Source of the DNA: Ruditapes philippinarum
Lineage: Eukaryota
Direction: 5' to 3'
Assembly (NCBI RefSeq): GCF_026571515.1
Contig: NW_026851983.1
Coordinates: 1 to 60,307, forward strand
DNA: 60,307 nucleotides
The position numbers were made by a program, and so were the translations under genes. Below are positions 1-13,470 of the stretch, piece after piece (position 1 is the first letter of the stretch; each line of letters begins with the position of its first letter). The notes below the pieces were generated by a model, which had not been told where the DNA came from, did not search any database, and saw only the letters and a list, made by a program, of their open reading frames with translations.

Positions 1-534
1 TTAAAAATTATTGTGTGGGGGTTGATTTCAGGTACAGTATATTGTGGGGTTTAAAACAGTAATGGTTAAAACGTTTTATTTCATAGGAATCTATATTATA
101 TGAGTGCAGGTTGTTTGTATTATATGATTTATACTCAATTGTTTTATATCTAGAAGTTTTGTTATGTTTCAAATGTATAAAATGTGATGGTCCTTTACAA
201 GTATGATTTAATGTATATAATTTTATTGTAAATGAACACTCTAATAAACTATGTACTAGCAGCCTTTAATAACTAACATGTAATTTAAGTGAATTGGATT
301 TAAGTTTAATATTTTTAGGTTCTGTAAAGTGGAGACATTGATTAACGCTGGTAGTATTCATTTAAATTTTGTAAACAATGGAATTAAATCATAGCATATT
401 TATATATTGATTTTTCAAAGAAGAACAACTTCTATTTTAGGTGTCCCTTTTACTTGTTTGACGTTTGACGTCATAAATTTTGTAATCATTTTCAAAAAAT
501 TAATTCAAAAAAAATAAATCTATCCTCACTCCTG

Positions 535-710
535 TACATTTTATATTAGAACTATCATCTACATTTTATTTTATAGTGGCAAAACTATCCTTTCCATGTT
601 ATCATAGAGCTATACTTAAAATTTTATTTCAGAATGGTAAGAACTATCCTTTACATTTCATTTTAGAATGGTTAGCACTGTCCTTTACATCTTATTTTAG
701 AATGACCAAT
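535..710. repeat. degenerate ~33-bp tandem repeat
   Basis: About 5 diverged copies of tttattttagaatggtaagaactatcctttaca. Confidence 0.6.
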
Positions 711-3270
711 GAGATTCACTGATTTCAGTTTGTAATTTTAAAATGACCAATAAAAATTCTTCTTATATTCAGTCCTTCCCTGTTAATTTTACAGGAAGTC
801 AAACTGATAACAGACGGAATTTGTCCGGAAAAAAAATGCAGCAGTTATATACCGAAACATTATGATCTAGTTTAATTAATGTGTATAACCATATAATATG
901 TAAATTCTTTTAACATCTGAATTTTCTTACAAATTAAAACAGCTTGAGTTTTTGTATCGGGGGAACAATTTCTAAATTTGTTAATAGAGGTGATTTGGGG
1001 TTAGAATAAGGGCTTTATAATACCACTGGTGACAAGGTTAAATGTTCTAGGATTATTCTATTAGACTTCTTTTTCTGACTTTTTCATCTTCATTATAGAT
1101 TTTTTGGATTTTTGTTATTGTTTTTTAAGAATTCATCTATTAGTAGAACTTTTGACAGTTATTCATTTCAGATGAAGTTAACATTCTTCCAATAAAGATG
1201 AATAAATCGCTTCATTGTTGTTGTTTTTTTGTTGTTGTTGTTTTTTTTTTAATAAACCCCGCAACATTTCAGGTGCGACATTTTTCTGCTGTGGATAAGC
1301 ATTGATTCCAATATTTTTTCTACCTAAAACTATGTACAGTTTGGAGGGGAGGTGGGTACGTAGATACAAATTCTTTTAAACAAGACTGAAATTATTGTCT
1401 ATATCCACTGTAGTCATTACTCTTGATTCAACTTTTTTCTTCAGTTTTTTCCATGTAAATTACGCATTTCAAAACCATAATCTCACAAATATCGGAACAG
1501 AAATCATAAGTAAGAAATTTCTTTCTATATATTGGCTTATCTTGGGTGTCACTTTTGTCAAAACAAGTTCGGCTCTTTTTCTTTTGTCATGTATTAAAAC
1601 TTGATTGTTTCCTGTTATGATACAACCATATTTATGAGACTAAATTTTCAATAATCGTCTTGCAAGACATATCGGTGTGTTTGCGTGCTTTTATTAATCG
1701 AGCAGCTCTGTTCCGTCGTATCGATGCTTAGCATTGCAGAAAATTGATTCGGTAATTAATGAAGAAAACCTTTGTCTAATCATTCTATTGAAACGTGTTA
1801 ACTCGTTTTTATTATTTTATAAATGAATTACCAGTGAAACAAAAAAGTGATACAGCGTCATTATAAAATATAAATCACAAGGTATGATGTCGTTATGTTG
1901 CGAAATATTCGTATAATTTCCGTAATTAAATCATAGAATATTCAACATGGCCGACATCAAAAAGATGTTATCTCACCACACTGCATGTTTTATACCCCGT
2001 ATTAAAGTTATACGACCCTTAACGCTCATAATATTATTCGATATGAAATATCTATTATGCATATTACAGCGAGGAATCCGTCAGTAAAAGATAATTTCTT
2101 TGTAAGGAAAGGACATTACATGATGTGTTAGTAATCAAGATTTAAACTCTTGTCTTGTACCAAGGTGTTCCCGAGGGAAAATGCACAGCGCGCGTGGATC
2201 TTACTCGTTGGAGCAAACCATGGTAGCAAACCGTTTAAAATGATACATTGTCAATTATAGGTGTAATTCCATTCTTCACAATGTTAAAATCGATTTAAGA
2301 TTCTTTGATTCTAATATGTAACACTCCTATAAATAAAGAACGCAGTGACCTGACCAATTGTCACCACTCCCCGTGGATGATGGATTGCCAAAACAGTTTA
2401 TGGTTTTTCCTACGGAATAATAATATTATATTGACAAGTATAACTTAAGGTTAAGGAAATTAAGCGGTACAAAATATATATTAATGAATTTACTTTAAAT
2501 AATTTTGTCAACACAACAATACATTTTTTTTTATTTAGTCAAGGTAACAGGTTAATTGTAAACAAAGTAGAATCCTTATACACATGTATATACATAAAAA
2601 AATGTATTTGGCGTATTGAAATATCAAAATATAATGTAACACTTTCTGTCTGTGCAGATTGAATTCATTTTATCAAATGCTCTACGATAGATTATAGAAA
2701 TATTAATTTCATTAACTGTTACTTTTTCCAGAGTGAATTATAAAACAATATATATATATAAATATGTAAAAAAATATTTTTCATGGAAGAGACAGTGCAA
2801 TTATAGAAATGTAATTTAACTGTAGCAGAATTACATTTGAATGCGAAAGAATAATGTACTATAAAAGGAAATTTCACCAGAAATACACTCTAAAAGTAAG
2901 TTAAGATACATGTATACATGCATGTGATAACTGGAAACGCATGAACAGGTTCACATTTATTGTTGAAATACACAAAAATCTTGATATCACATCTTCAGAA
3001 TTATTTTTAACGTGACAATGTGACGTCTTAAAACATCGTTTTTCCCTTGTAAAATGTTTAGTGTGTGTTTCGGGTTTATGCAACTATCAATTGTATATAT
3101 AATCGCCGGATACAACTCTAAAACGACATGGATGTGTATAATAAGTAGTACAATTCCCATCATAGTAAACAGAACATACTCAGAATGCTTATTATAAAGT
3201 ATATCACAACTAATAAACTGGTAAGATAAAACAAAGATTTATACTGGTAAAATTTAGACCAATGAGAAAC

Positions 3271-3408
3271 TCTGGAAAAAGTGTGATCCCTCTGAAGCAT
3301 AAATCACACCAAAATTACATGACAATTGCAGACTCGGTTTGATTGAGTCTTTACATGAGGGATAATGAAAAAGTGCAACATCACTCATGCCGCCCCTAGC
3401 ACCGGCTT
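3271..3408 (+). other. structured dispersed element, copy 1 (subfamily A)
   Basis: ttgcAGACTC-ggtttgatt-GAGTCT hairpin; CATGAGgGAT-aatgaaaaagtgcaac-ATCaCTCATG hairpin; then ccgcccctagcaccggctt. The upstream flank aligns with copy 3. Confidence 0.8.
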
Positions 3409-3482
3409 GAATTTAAACACTCCCAAAATGATGACTTTCTTAAGTATTGCCACCTATTATTATAAGTATTGGTAATATCATT

Positions 3483-3561
3483 GTCGGTTATCCACGGTAT
3501 ATATTCCGTACTTCACGGTATATTTTCCGCATGTACGGAATATATACAGTGGGTAACCGAC
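3483..3561. mobile_element. short foldback / MITE-like palindrome
   Basis: gtcggttatccacggtatatattccgtac ... gtacggaatatatacagtgggtaaccgac, a near-perfect inverted repeat. Confidence 0.6.
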
Positions 3562-5516
3562 GGTATGATAGTATTATGACAATTCTGTATTATTTTACGT
3601 TTGAAATAATATTTAAATGTTTTGCTATTAAATGTTGAGAAAAAAAGGACTTATGTAGGAATGCCAGTAACAACATCCTCACATGATAGAGCTAATCTGT
3701 TTCTTGACGAGATTCGAACATTAAGCGGCAAGAGGCGCGTGATTCGAAGTAAGGCCGCACACTGCACTGTGGTCTTCATCACGGTGTACTTAAAATGCAA
3801 CAATATATATGTAAATGTAAACTATATAGTTAAATATCAAAATGAACGATTTGTTATCATACAATGAAATAGCATTAAATCACGAAACCACTGTTTTAAA
3901 CTATAGTATCACAAATAACACAGATCTATAAGTCATGACACAATATCAATTAATTATGAAAATAAAACAAACTGTAGATAATAATTGACTGAGAGTTATA
4001 ATATCATCATAACTTTCAATGATAACGGTCGTTATCAACATGACTCTGCAGTTTTACATTGTCATTACACTGAAAACAAATGTTTGTAACCTCAGAAATA
4101 TATCAAAATTTGAGAAAAAAGGAAATTAAAGAATAGTAATAAATAACCTTTTATTTTAGATAGTCTATGACATATTTTCACCCTATTGGTGGTATAAATT
4201 AATATTTAATGAAATATCTAGCACACAAAATGATATACAAACATTTTGTTTACAAATTTTAACATATTAACGATGCCCACTTGCTGAATCAATCACGTTG
4301 GTTGTCTCATAAACTAATATTTTGTAATCCTATCCGAAGATTACATAATAAACATGTTAACATGTTATTTTACTTGAGGCCAGCATCTGTAGATTTGAAA
4401 TGACACCTTTTGTTTTTTCCAGATTTGCTACCCCTGTAGCAGCGCTATATATCTGTTACTTGTCAAACAAAATTTGACATTGTTATTTAAGTCTCCGCTG
4501 CGAGTAATGTGTAATCTTTCCTTTAATATTCATATTTTCATATGATATTCAATTTATTTTTCAATAATTTATTTCAAGTTTGTAAGACAATTAGCCCCCT
4601 TGGGACATCTGTCATCAACTTACATTTGCGATAAAAGCTTTTAACTTTCAAATTGCGATCCTAAATTTAAACGAATATAACATAAACAGAAATACTGATG
4701 AAACGCATTCATTCTTGTTATTTGAGATACGTAACTAGAAAACCTTGCTTCAAATTATCCGATACAATACTTTCATTGAACAAATAAGAATAATTAAGTT
4801 CTATCTGCAAGCTCTATCCCGTCAGTTTCTGCCTAAAGAAATAATTGTTTTTAGCATGGTAAATAATCGATGTTCAGAGACAAAACTTCGGACAAAGCAG
4901 ATTTTCGGATAAGTTATAATCCCTTAATAACATAGTTACTTGATTACTAAGTCATCATAAATATTTACAAATAGGCAATAAAGATGCCGTGCACGGCGAT
5001 TATTACACTAGCTTTCATTAGACGATGTTCCTCGATGTGGCATAAAGGATGCGTGTCATGAGACCATACATGTACGAGAAACGTTGTATCTGATCCCACG
5101 AGATGCGCTTAAAGCAATTCCTAGACAAAACACAGGTACTCTGCTTCTCTTATCTTTCCAAGTTTTATATGTAGCAAGAGGAGAAACTAACCTAACTATG
5201 TTTGTTTTTCCTTGAATTTAGGGCAGCTTTAATAGAAGCATATTTTGATACGAAAAATGTGTGGTTTAAAATGATACATGTTAAAAACGATGAAGTTTTG
5301 TCTTATCAAACTTTTTCAATCGAAAGAAGGTCTAGATAATTTAATTTTGTATCAAACAAGTGAAAACAATTTCCTGTAAATATTTTGTCTTAAACAATAC
5401 ATAGTGCGCCTCCAAGAGCAAGTTATATAAAATCGCGACATAGCCAGAACTTGAAGGCTGAATCATACAAGGAAACAAAAAAGTTCCCAGCAACAGCTTA
5501 TATGTCTACATACATC

Positions 5517-6090
5517 AATAAGAAACCTTGAAAAAACGTGAAACACGATCCATTAGAAACCTTGAAAAATGTCAAAAACGACACATTAGAAACCTTGAAA
5601 AAACCGTTAAACACGACACATTAGAAACCTTGAAAAACGTTAAACACGACATATTAGAAACATTGAAACCGTTAAGCACGACACATTAGAAACCTTGAAA
5701 AACATAAAACACGATACATTAGAAACCAACATTAAACACGACATATTAGAAACCTTGAAAAACGTTAAACACGACACATTAGAAACCTTGAAAAACGTTA
5801 AACACGACACATAAGACACTTTGAAAAACCATTAAATAATTAAATACGACACATTATAAACATTGAAAACGTTAAGCACGACACATTAGAAACCTTGAAG
5901 AACGTAAAACACCATCCATTAGAAACCTTGAAAAACGTTAAGCACGACACATTAGAAACATTGAAAACGTTAAGCACGACACATTAGAACCCTTGAAAAA
6001 CGTCTAACACGACACATTAGAAACCTTGAAAACCATTAAATACGGCCCATTAGAAACCTTGAAAAACGCAAAACACAACACATTAGAAAC
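5517..6090. repeat. minisatellite, ~31-32-bp unit
   Basis: About 18 head-to-tail copies of cattagaaaccttgaaaaacgttaaacacgaca, with no unique spacers. Confidence 0.95.
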
Positions 6091-6092
6091 TG

Positions 6093-6217
6093 TTTCAAGC
6101 TCGTTTTTATTGAGCCTTTGATGGTCTTTTCTGGTAAATGCAAAGTGTCTTTCATACCCCCTAGCACCGGCTTAAGAAGTCCTCGACATTAAGACGATGA
6201 AATGATGTTCATAGGAC
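6093..6217 (+). other. structured dispersed element, copy 2
   Basis: GCTC-gtttttatt-GAGC hairpin, ctggtaaatgcaa loop remnant, ccccctagcaccggcttaag, then a GTCCT...AGGAC hairpin. Confidence 0.75.
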
Positions 6218-7703
6218 GACGATCAATATAAACACCCAGTAAAATTGTGATAGTTTCAACTATTTCACATTTGCAACGTCATTTCTACGTTAAAATTTAT
6301 CGTTATATTCACATTGATATTCGTCAAAGCTTAATTTTTTCTAACTAAACTGCTTCAGCAAGCAAATTAAACATAATTTAGTGAACAAACTCCCTGCAAC
6401 ACCTGAAAATGAACACAATGCAATATATTGTGTTTACATAGCTACTAAATCTTCATATGTACAGGTGTTAAGAATTTAAATTAATTTGTTGCTCTGTTCA
6501 CACTATATTGCATTTAGAAGTCACGAGAAAATCGTGCAGTTTGTCAAGGCAAACTACCCGCCATATTGAAGTTCACAGGAACGAATCCCTCCAGCTGTTC
6601 CGCTTGTGTTATCGCCGCTATTATCAGTTAGATAAGCATCAAATACGTTTCATTTAGAACATACATCAATCTAATTGAAAGAATAAAAGCGATAATCTCA
6701 CATTTTAAATGAGATCATCTTTATTATGTTCTTTTGCCGAGTTTTAACGCTCCATTGATGCGATTACAGATAGCAAATATTTTGATTAGAGTAATTTTAA
6801 AGCATGTAATAACATCTATTTTCCTAAATATTGCGTATATCCGATAGTACAATTTTGATTTATGACATAGAGTCATGGTGATTTTTTTCTAATCGCTTTC
6901 GATGATCAAAGCAAAATAATAACAACAAATTGCCTTTTAAATAAAAACTACGTTCAATTAAAGTAATGAATGCGCTTAATCTATTTTCATGTCACACAGA
7001 CAGAATCTATGTCTTCTTGATTTTAATTTAATTAATAAATTCATGTGAATCATATTCAATTATGACATGTGTTGTGTTTGTTCTCTTGATATGTTTTCAA
7101 GATAATTAGTTATTTAATTTAGCTACTTTTACTTCAGCTTCTCTTTCTCGCTTATGCATTTCAATGCTTTAACCGTAGACCTTTACTAAAACCTTTGGCT
7201 ATGATCATGGCTATGTTTTTTTTAACCTGTTGGCTGTATTTTGAATAATTCATTTATGAGTATTGTTTTAGTTAAATCTGTTTAATCTTGACTATTGAAG
7301 TATACATTGTTATTTTATTATTAATGTTTGTAGTTGGCACTCTTTGATAAGTTGCTTCCAGTATAATTAAGTAATACACTTTGATTCCAGTTATTTTTCA
7401 CGTTAAAAAAAGAACAACATGACTTTGTTGTCATTTTTATTCCAATCATGATGTGTGTATCAAACTGTTCTACAGTAAAAACTTGAACTGAGACCTGTTA
7501 TTGGTAAAGTAGTTTATTCAGGAGAACACTAAATGAAATATGTTCCACTGTTTTGTTGTTTGTTTATGTAACAAAGTAAAATAAAATAGTATTTTCATAA
7601 AAAGCGAAAAATTGTTGGACAAAAAGTTCTCATTTTCCGGACGACGTTTTGGTATTTCTAACGACACATGAAAAACACAAATTACATGCAGGTCAGCCAT
7701 ATG

Positions 7704-7891
7704 GTACATACTTCATTGATTCCAGCACATTTAGTGTTGAAGACTGTATACCGCTTCAGCCGGTGCTAGGGGGCGTGAGAGATGTTGCGCTTTTACATTA
7801 TCTCTCACATACCACCCAAATCAAACCAAACCTGCAATTGTCATATAATATTGGTGTTTCCTTGCTTCCGAGGGATCTCCTCTTGTCCAGA
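7704..7891 (-). other. structured dispersed element, copy 3 (subfamily A, inverted)
   Basis: Reverse complement reads ttgcaggtttggtttgatt...GTGAGAGAT-aatgtaaaagcgcaac-ATCTCTCAC gccccctagcaccggctgaagc GGTATA...TGTACC. Confidence 0.8.
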
Positions 7892-10020
7892 TTTTAAAAC
7901 GCCCGTAAATAAATCAAACACAAGATTTGACCACTTTATTTTCGAAAACTATTTATCATGAACAGTATCTATCAAGTGGCATGGAGAAATAACAAGAGAT
8001 TATACATCTGCAATTGGGGTGCCCTTTGCACACACCCCTCCCTTTTTCTTTCAGCAAATTGTATTTCCCTTTTCTATAAAAACTTGCCTTTTTTCTCTTA
8101 TAAGGTAAGCGAGGGACCTTACCAACCGCCTCACACCTGGACTTAGTCGAAATCTTCATCACATTTCTAAACTATGGGACACCTGATCTAAATGAAACAA
8201 ATCTGCCTCTCACCTATTCTTTAATTTAATGGTCCGTAACGACATAAAATATCATTATACAATTGTACTAGATAATGTGTAAAATTAATGGCTGCCTCCG
8301 ACACAAATTTATTTTTTTAAATACGAAACTATGTAAATTGGAATCGATTAGTTTGCTTAACTCTATAAATACATTTAATTCGGGGTTAACAGGTACGAAG
8401 GAAACTTAACATAGATTTGGAAAAAAAGATAAACACTTTCTTAGGCAATATCGTTCATTACTCTAGAAATAATAATAATAATAATAAATAATAATAATAA
8501 TAAATACCACATTTATATAAATAACATTTCAAAAACTGCTATGGTCTTCTTAGTTCGGGAGAAGTGAGATAATAGTATTTAGGTTTTTCCGTATTAAAAG
8601 CAGGGTTGACATTTTCGGTTGTTTAAGATATTGAATAATTTTACATGTAACTGGAATATCTTGACAGTATTACAACTGACGCGCATGCGTCGCCTATGTT
8701 AGTGTTCTATCCAAATTGTATTGCGGCTAATTATGCTCATTCATTTCCGTTAGGCATTGAGTGTAACCCATGAATAACATTCAGTTGTTTTGATGGTACT
8801 TGGTCACCAGTCTTTGATCACAGGCCTCTCAAATATACCACATTTATTTCAATATGTACTTTCATTTGTACAGTGTTATCCGACCATTTGAAGTACTTAT
8901 ATATTATATAATTATTGTCCTTGCATATAATACAATGTTGTATTAGTAATATATAATAAATGCAATTCAGCCACTCTCATTGGGACATTCTGCGACTTAT
9001 TTAGTTGAATTTGCATACTTTCTGGAAAATATACATGAGTCCATAATTAATATCAACTGTCATTTCATTCTATTTCAGATTGAATGTTTAAAATGAAATA
9101 CGTTAATTAGTTCCAAATGAATTCTAATTTACAGATAGATTGAAAATTTAATACAATCAAGTCTGGCTTTTCGTTCAATTCAGCAATAGCGTGTTAAAGT
9201 TTTATACATATTCGATTTAATTATATGTAGGTAATGACGTTTTTATTTTCATAAATATTATTTATTACATATATTCTAATCAACATTAATTAAGAGATAT
9301 AAAACAGTGCATTTAGGACGTATCTGTTGTATACAGTGTTTATAACAGGAAAAAATGCTCTTTTTGATACACATGAGCCACATATTTTTTGTACATAAAA
9401 CATTGGTTTACCACGCAATTGTCATCGTCAATCTCAATAGACTTGTGCTAAATCGTTCTGTTTTTTTTTTCTGGGTTTTCTTACTTTCTTTTGTTGTTGT
9501 TGTTGTTGTTTTAATTAAAAATATTGCCGTTGTCATCTCAAAACGTTCTTATACATTCCAAAAATCTACATTTTTCACTGCAAATATTATAGACCCTACA
9601 TATACATGTATATGTCTGTAAGTTGAGTTTATATTTTTGTGTCACAAGTTACTCAAAATGTCGTATTGTCAATTGTAATTTGTGTGATGACCATTATATT
9701 TATGTGATAAGAAAATGATTGACCAATTTAAACAATCTTCATTTATATCGTTCTTGCAATAGTCGTTGTAGCTAGCATGTCCTAAAACATCACGTGACCG
9801 AAATCCCAATCATAACATTGCTGCTGATGTTCCTTTGCTTTTGTTTCATATTCCTGTCAATATATTTTTTATCAGTCGTATTTAACAATTGTACATCGAT
9901 AGTTAACAATTCAATCCTTTATTTCAGATTTACAGTTTACATGAAGTTATCTCATGATCTGATATAATCAAGAAATCAAACAAAGGTTACAGTATCTACA
10001 ATAATCCTCAGTTTGGAGGG

Positions 10021-10326
10021 GATAGAGAAAAATAGATACCTTGAAGAACGCCCAAAAGAGCAAAATTGAATATGTTGCAGGGTCTTTTCATGGACGGTAC
10101 TGGTAAGTGCAAGCTATCGTCCATGTCCCCTAGCACCGGCTTCAGTAGAATTCAACATTTAACGTTAAGGTTAAATGTTGAATTTTAACACATCCGCAGA
10201 TGTGTTTATGCGTCTGTTATCATGGAACTTTCAAGGTGACAAGTACGTGCCATTCCATTCACAGCGGCGTGTGGTTCCCCTAGTTAATAAATGAGTGTGC
10301 CCCAAAACAAAATGAAATTTTGAAAG
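10021..10326 (+). other. structured dispersed element, copy 4 (subfamily B, hairpin 1 deleted)
   Basis: ATGGACGGTA-ctggtaagtgcaagc-TATCGTCCAT, tcccctagcaccggctt, a 17-bp hairpin AGAATTCAACATTTAAC/GTTAAATGTTGAATTTT and AACACATC-cgca-GATGTGTT; colinear with 56819-57126. Confidence 0.85.
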
Positions 10327-10391
10327 GGGGACAGAGGTAACAAAACCTGCTGATACATATAACAGACAAAAAAAATCAAGGGAAAAAGTCG

Positions 10392-10569
10392 TAGCCTGTT
10401 CGACTCGTGCGATGAATGCAGACTAGAATCAACCGGAAATTCCATGTCGTCAGCTCATGGTCTGCACTGTTCGCTATTCAGTGAATTGTTTCCTTTAAAA
10501 TGATAAATGGTTTTGTCCAGAATGAAAGCTTGGCAAGACATTTAAGATAAGTAGCGTGGTAAGGGCTAA
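10392..10569. mobile_element. degenerate non-autonomous DNA element / MITE
   Basis: catggtctgcactgttcgct resembles the internal motif of the palindromic MITE at 30459; ends in ...gtaagggctaa. Confidence 0.45.
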
Positions 10570-12144
10570 CATGTTATTAATCCGGTGTAATGTTATTGAC
10601 AACAGCTTAAGCAATTTTAACGAAAGTAATGTTGAGTCTAAATTGTAATTAGTATACATTGTATTGCTTACAGACACAAGAAACAATGTATCAGCGCCCT
10701 TTGTACTTGAATTTTCTTGCCTTCTTTGTCCGTTTTATATTAAAACAAATATAAGTTACAATTTTTCATAATAAAATAATTTAATGAATAAATCATACAT
10801 CACTGTCGCGGTGCATGCGTGAGGAATTATATTCGTGACATTCACATTCTGATGAAAATTTCCATGCATAATAATGCATGTGCTTATATACTGATAGCAG
10901 ACGTTTGATTTGCTCAGACTGCAAAATAATATATTCCGAATAATATGATTGCATTTCTGGAATCCCTTAACATGCAAAAGTACAAAACTTAAAAAATATT
11001 TAATGTAGGGCCTATCTCATTAGGGGTATATCATAACATGAATATGTCAAGGTCAAATAATAAAATTTATTTAATAAGAAGCATCAATTTTAGACCGTTA
11101 ATTCATTATATTTCAGAATATCATTTCTGAAAGAAAAATCTATTATGAAATATGTCCCTTCCGAAAATTCTTAGTACTCGCCTTTTTCTATTCATTTTTA
11201 TTATTCATTTTATACTTGTAGGAATATAATCCCCTATAATTCCTAAATATCGTTTTTGACAATACAGCGTTTTACATACATGTGAACATGTATATGTAGA
11301 ATCTATCTATATTCCAAATAAACAATACTATAAGCACATACATATGAAAATAAACACATACAACAAATTATAGTAATATGAAATAGTAATTGTTTGTAGT
11401 AGGCAACACCTAAATCTACCATTTTAATTCTGCACTGATTATTTCTGCACTGATCAATAGCCAGTCACAAGTCTTTCGGCACTTTGGGATTTAAGCTTAA
11501 GGCCCATCATGTACGTGTTAATATCGCTATGTATGTAAATGTTATATGTTATATATATTTGTATTGTAAATATATGATATATTTGTCTTTAAAATTGATA
11601 AATTCTATTTGGAAGATGTACCTGTGATGACCTTTGGGATCGGTGTATGTAAGAAAGTCCATACAGACGAATTTACGGTATGTCAGTCATACATACTTGT
11701 ATTTCATTGCGTTTTTATGAGGATTGAGGGATAATAACTTAAGATTGGATATAAAACTTAATCACACAAGTCAATTATGTCAATAAATCTTGCAGCTTCT
11801 CTTAAACGTAAATTATTCAACTGTTAAAATATCCAGAAGCTATGCTGAAATTAGGCTGATATACCTTGCAAAGAATTAATATAGATATTTATAGCTTAGC
11901 CCATTACATTTAATAACAAAAAAGAGAAATGAAAATTAGGACTGATAATTTGCATACCGATGCATTTATTTTATTGAACTTGAAACAATGTAAGGAAGTT
12001 AACAATACCAATGAATGTAACTTTTGTATTTGTGATAGGAAAATATATTAAATACGCTGATGGTGACTTTACTTAAGAACATAGTACATAGGCACGCATC
12101 AGTCAACAACCAATAATGCGTTGGAATAGTAATTTAAGGATTGT

Positions 12145-12277
12145 TGGCCGCGTTGGTTCAAACCCTGTTAGTGGCAAACCGTTGTTTCAGTAACAAGAAA
12201 TTTACACTCATTGGTTTCTGGAACAGATTTAAGAGTTTATCGCTTCTCACATAATCAAACTAAAATAAATTAGTATA
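12145..12277 (+). mobile_element. degenerate tRNA-derived CORE-like SINE
   Basis: B-box-like ggttcaaaccc, caagaaatttacactcattg core and taatcaaactaaaa tail; homologous to 31531-31705. Confidence 0.55.
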
Positions 12278-13227
12278 TACTAACAACTTATATTGACTGT
12301 TTCATTGTTTTGGACTCACTTAAAGGTCTCTGAAATGCAAGGAGAACCGTATTAATACACTATTAATTTTCTGTCATCATGTTGGAAATTACAAGAAAAT
12401 TAACTGAAAAAAGGTTCACAACAGCATTTAAAGCAAAAGAATTGAAATCTTTCTGTAGTCGCAATTTTGTTTTGGTAGCCGCATACCCGTAAAATGTTTG
12501 AACTGTAAAATGTATTTAGCGGTTATTCACCTCTAAATTTAAGCGATATTATAAATAGAAAATATGTTATTGTTTTGTTTGTAAAGTCGACATAAATTTG
12601 ACAGAGCGAACACCAGATGCAATATTTTCACGAGCTGCAAAGTCACTGACAGCTGGTGTTCACGAGTAAAATATAATTTCATCTTACATGCAAAACATAC
12701 AAAATCTCTGTTTATTGCATGCTTTTTGTGACAATTTTTACATGACGCGTGTAAATATTCATGTGATTCCCGTAATCTTGAACATACGACGGTGTGTATT
12801 TCTGATGAAAATTCCACATACGTGATTATTCTTTTCATCCGCAAACAAATATAGATTCCACTTCGGCAAGATGTACTACATGTATAAAATTGTATTTTGA
12901 TAGTTTCACTGTCAAAATATAAGAATATTATTTCACTCTATACAGAGAAGCAGATTAAATAATGCCCGTTCAGTCAGTCTCAATACTTTTTGTAGAACCG
13001 CTAACGACATACTAACACTTATGTAATTATTATACCGCACTTTGCTTGATAGAAAAGAAATTGTTATTGCTGAAACAACAAATGTTCACATTCTTTTAGC
13101 TTGTTTGTAAAATGATACAGCACCAAGTCAAAAGATAATAGCATCCTGCCATACCCTATACGTTCAAATACAGCACTATTCGTAGTTGTTGTCATAAAGA
13201 ACTCTTCGAGGAGGATCTTTGACGCTT

Positions 13228-13470
13228 CCCGGACGGTGCAGGTCACTTTCGTTATGATTGATCATGAAATCCTTCCTACGGTCATTCGCACTATACCTCT
13301 GCATTTGCATGTACAGAAGTTACCAGGTCCTTGCGAAAGTGAAGGCAACTTGCACTGGTAAACTGCATGACAGCCTGCCCAGGAACGATACGGTCGCTGA
13401 ACTGAGCTCTGGTAAATTCTGGATGGCTTACTAACGTGATGCGGAGTGAAAACTATCAACACCATCAGCA
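13228..13470 (+). mobile_element. MetaSINE-like SINE (5'-truncated)
   Basis: gattgatcatgaaatccttcctacggtcattc central domain; colinear with copies at 48101 and 56354. Confidence 0.7.

Noticed and set aside
5517-6090. CRISPR-like array (~31-bp periodicity)
   Set aside because: Units are contiguous with no unique spacers, there are no cas genes, and the context is eukaryotic.
7761-7775. CTCF-like site GTGCTAGGGGGCG as the explanation for the conserved core
   Set aside because: Only a partial match, and it does not explain the compensatory stems or conserved loops. It is not fully excluded as a secondary role.
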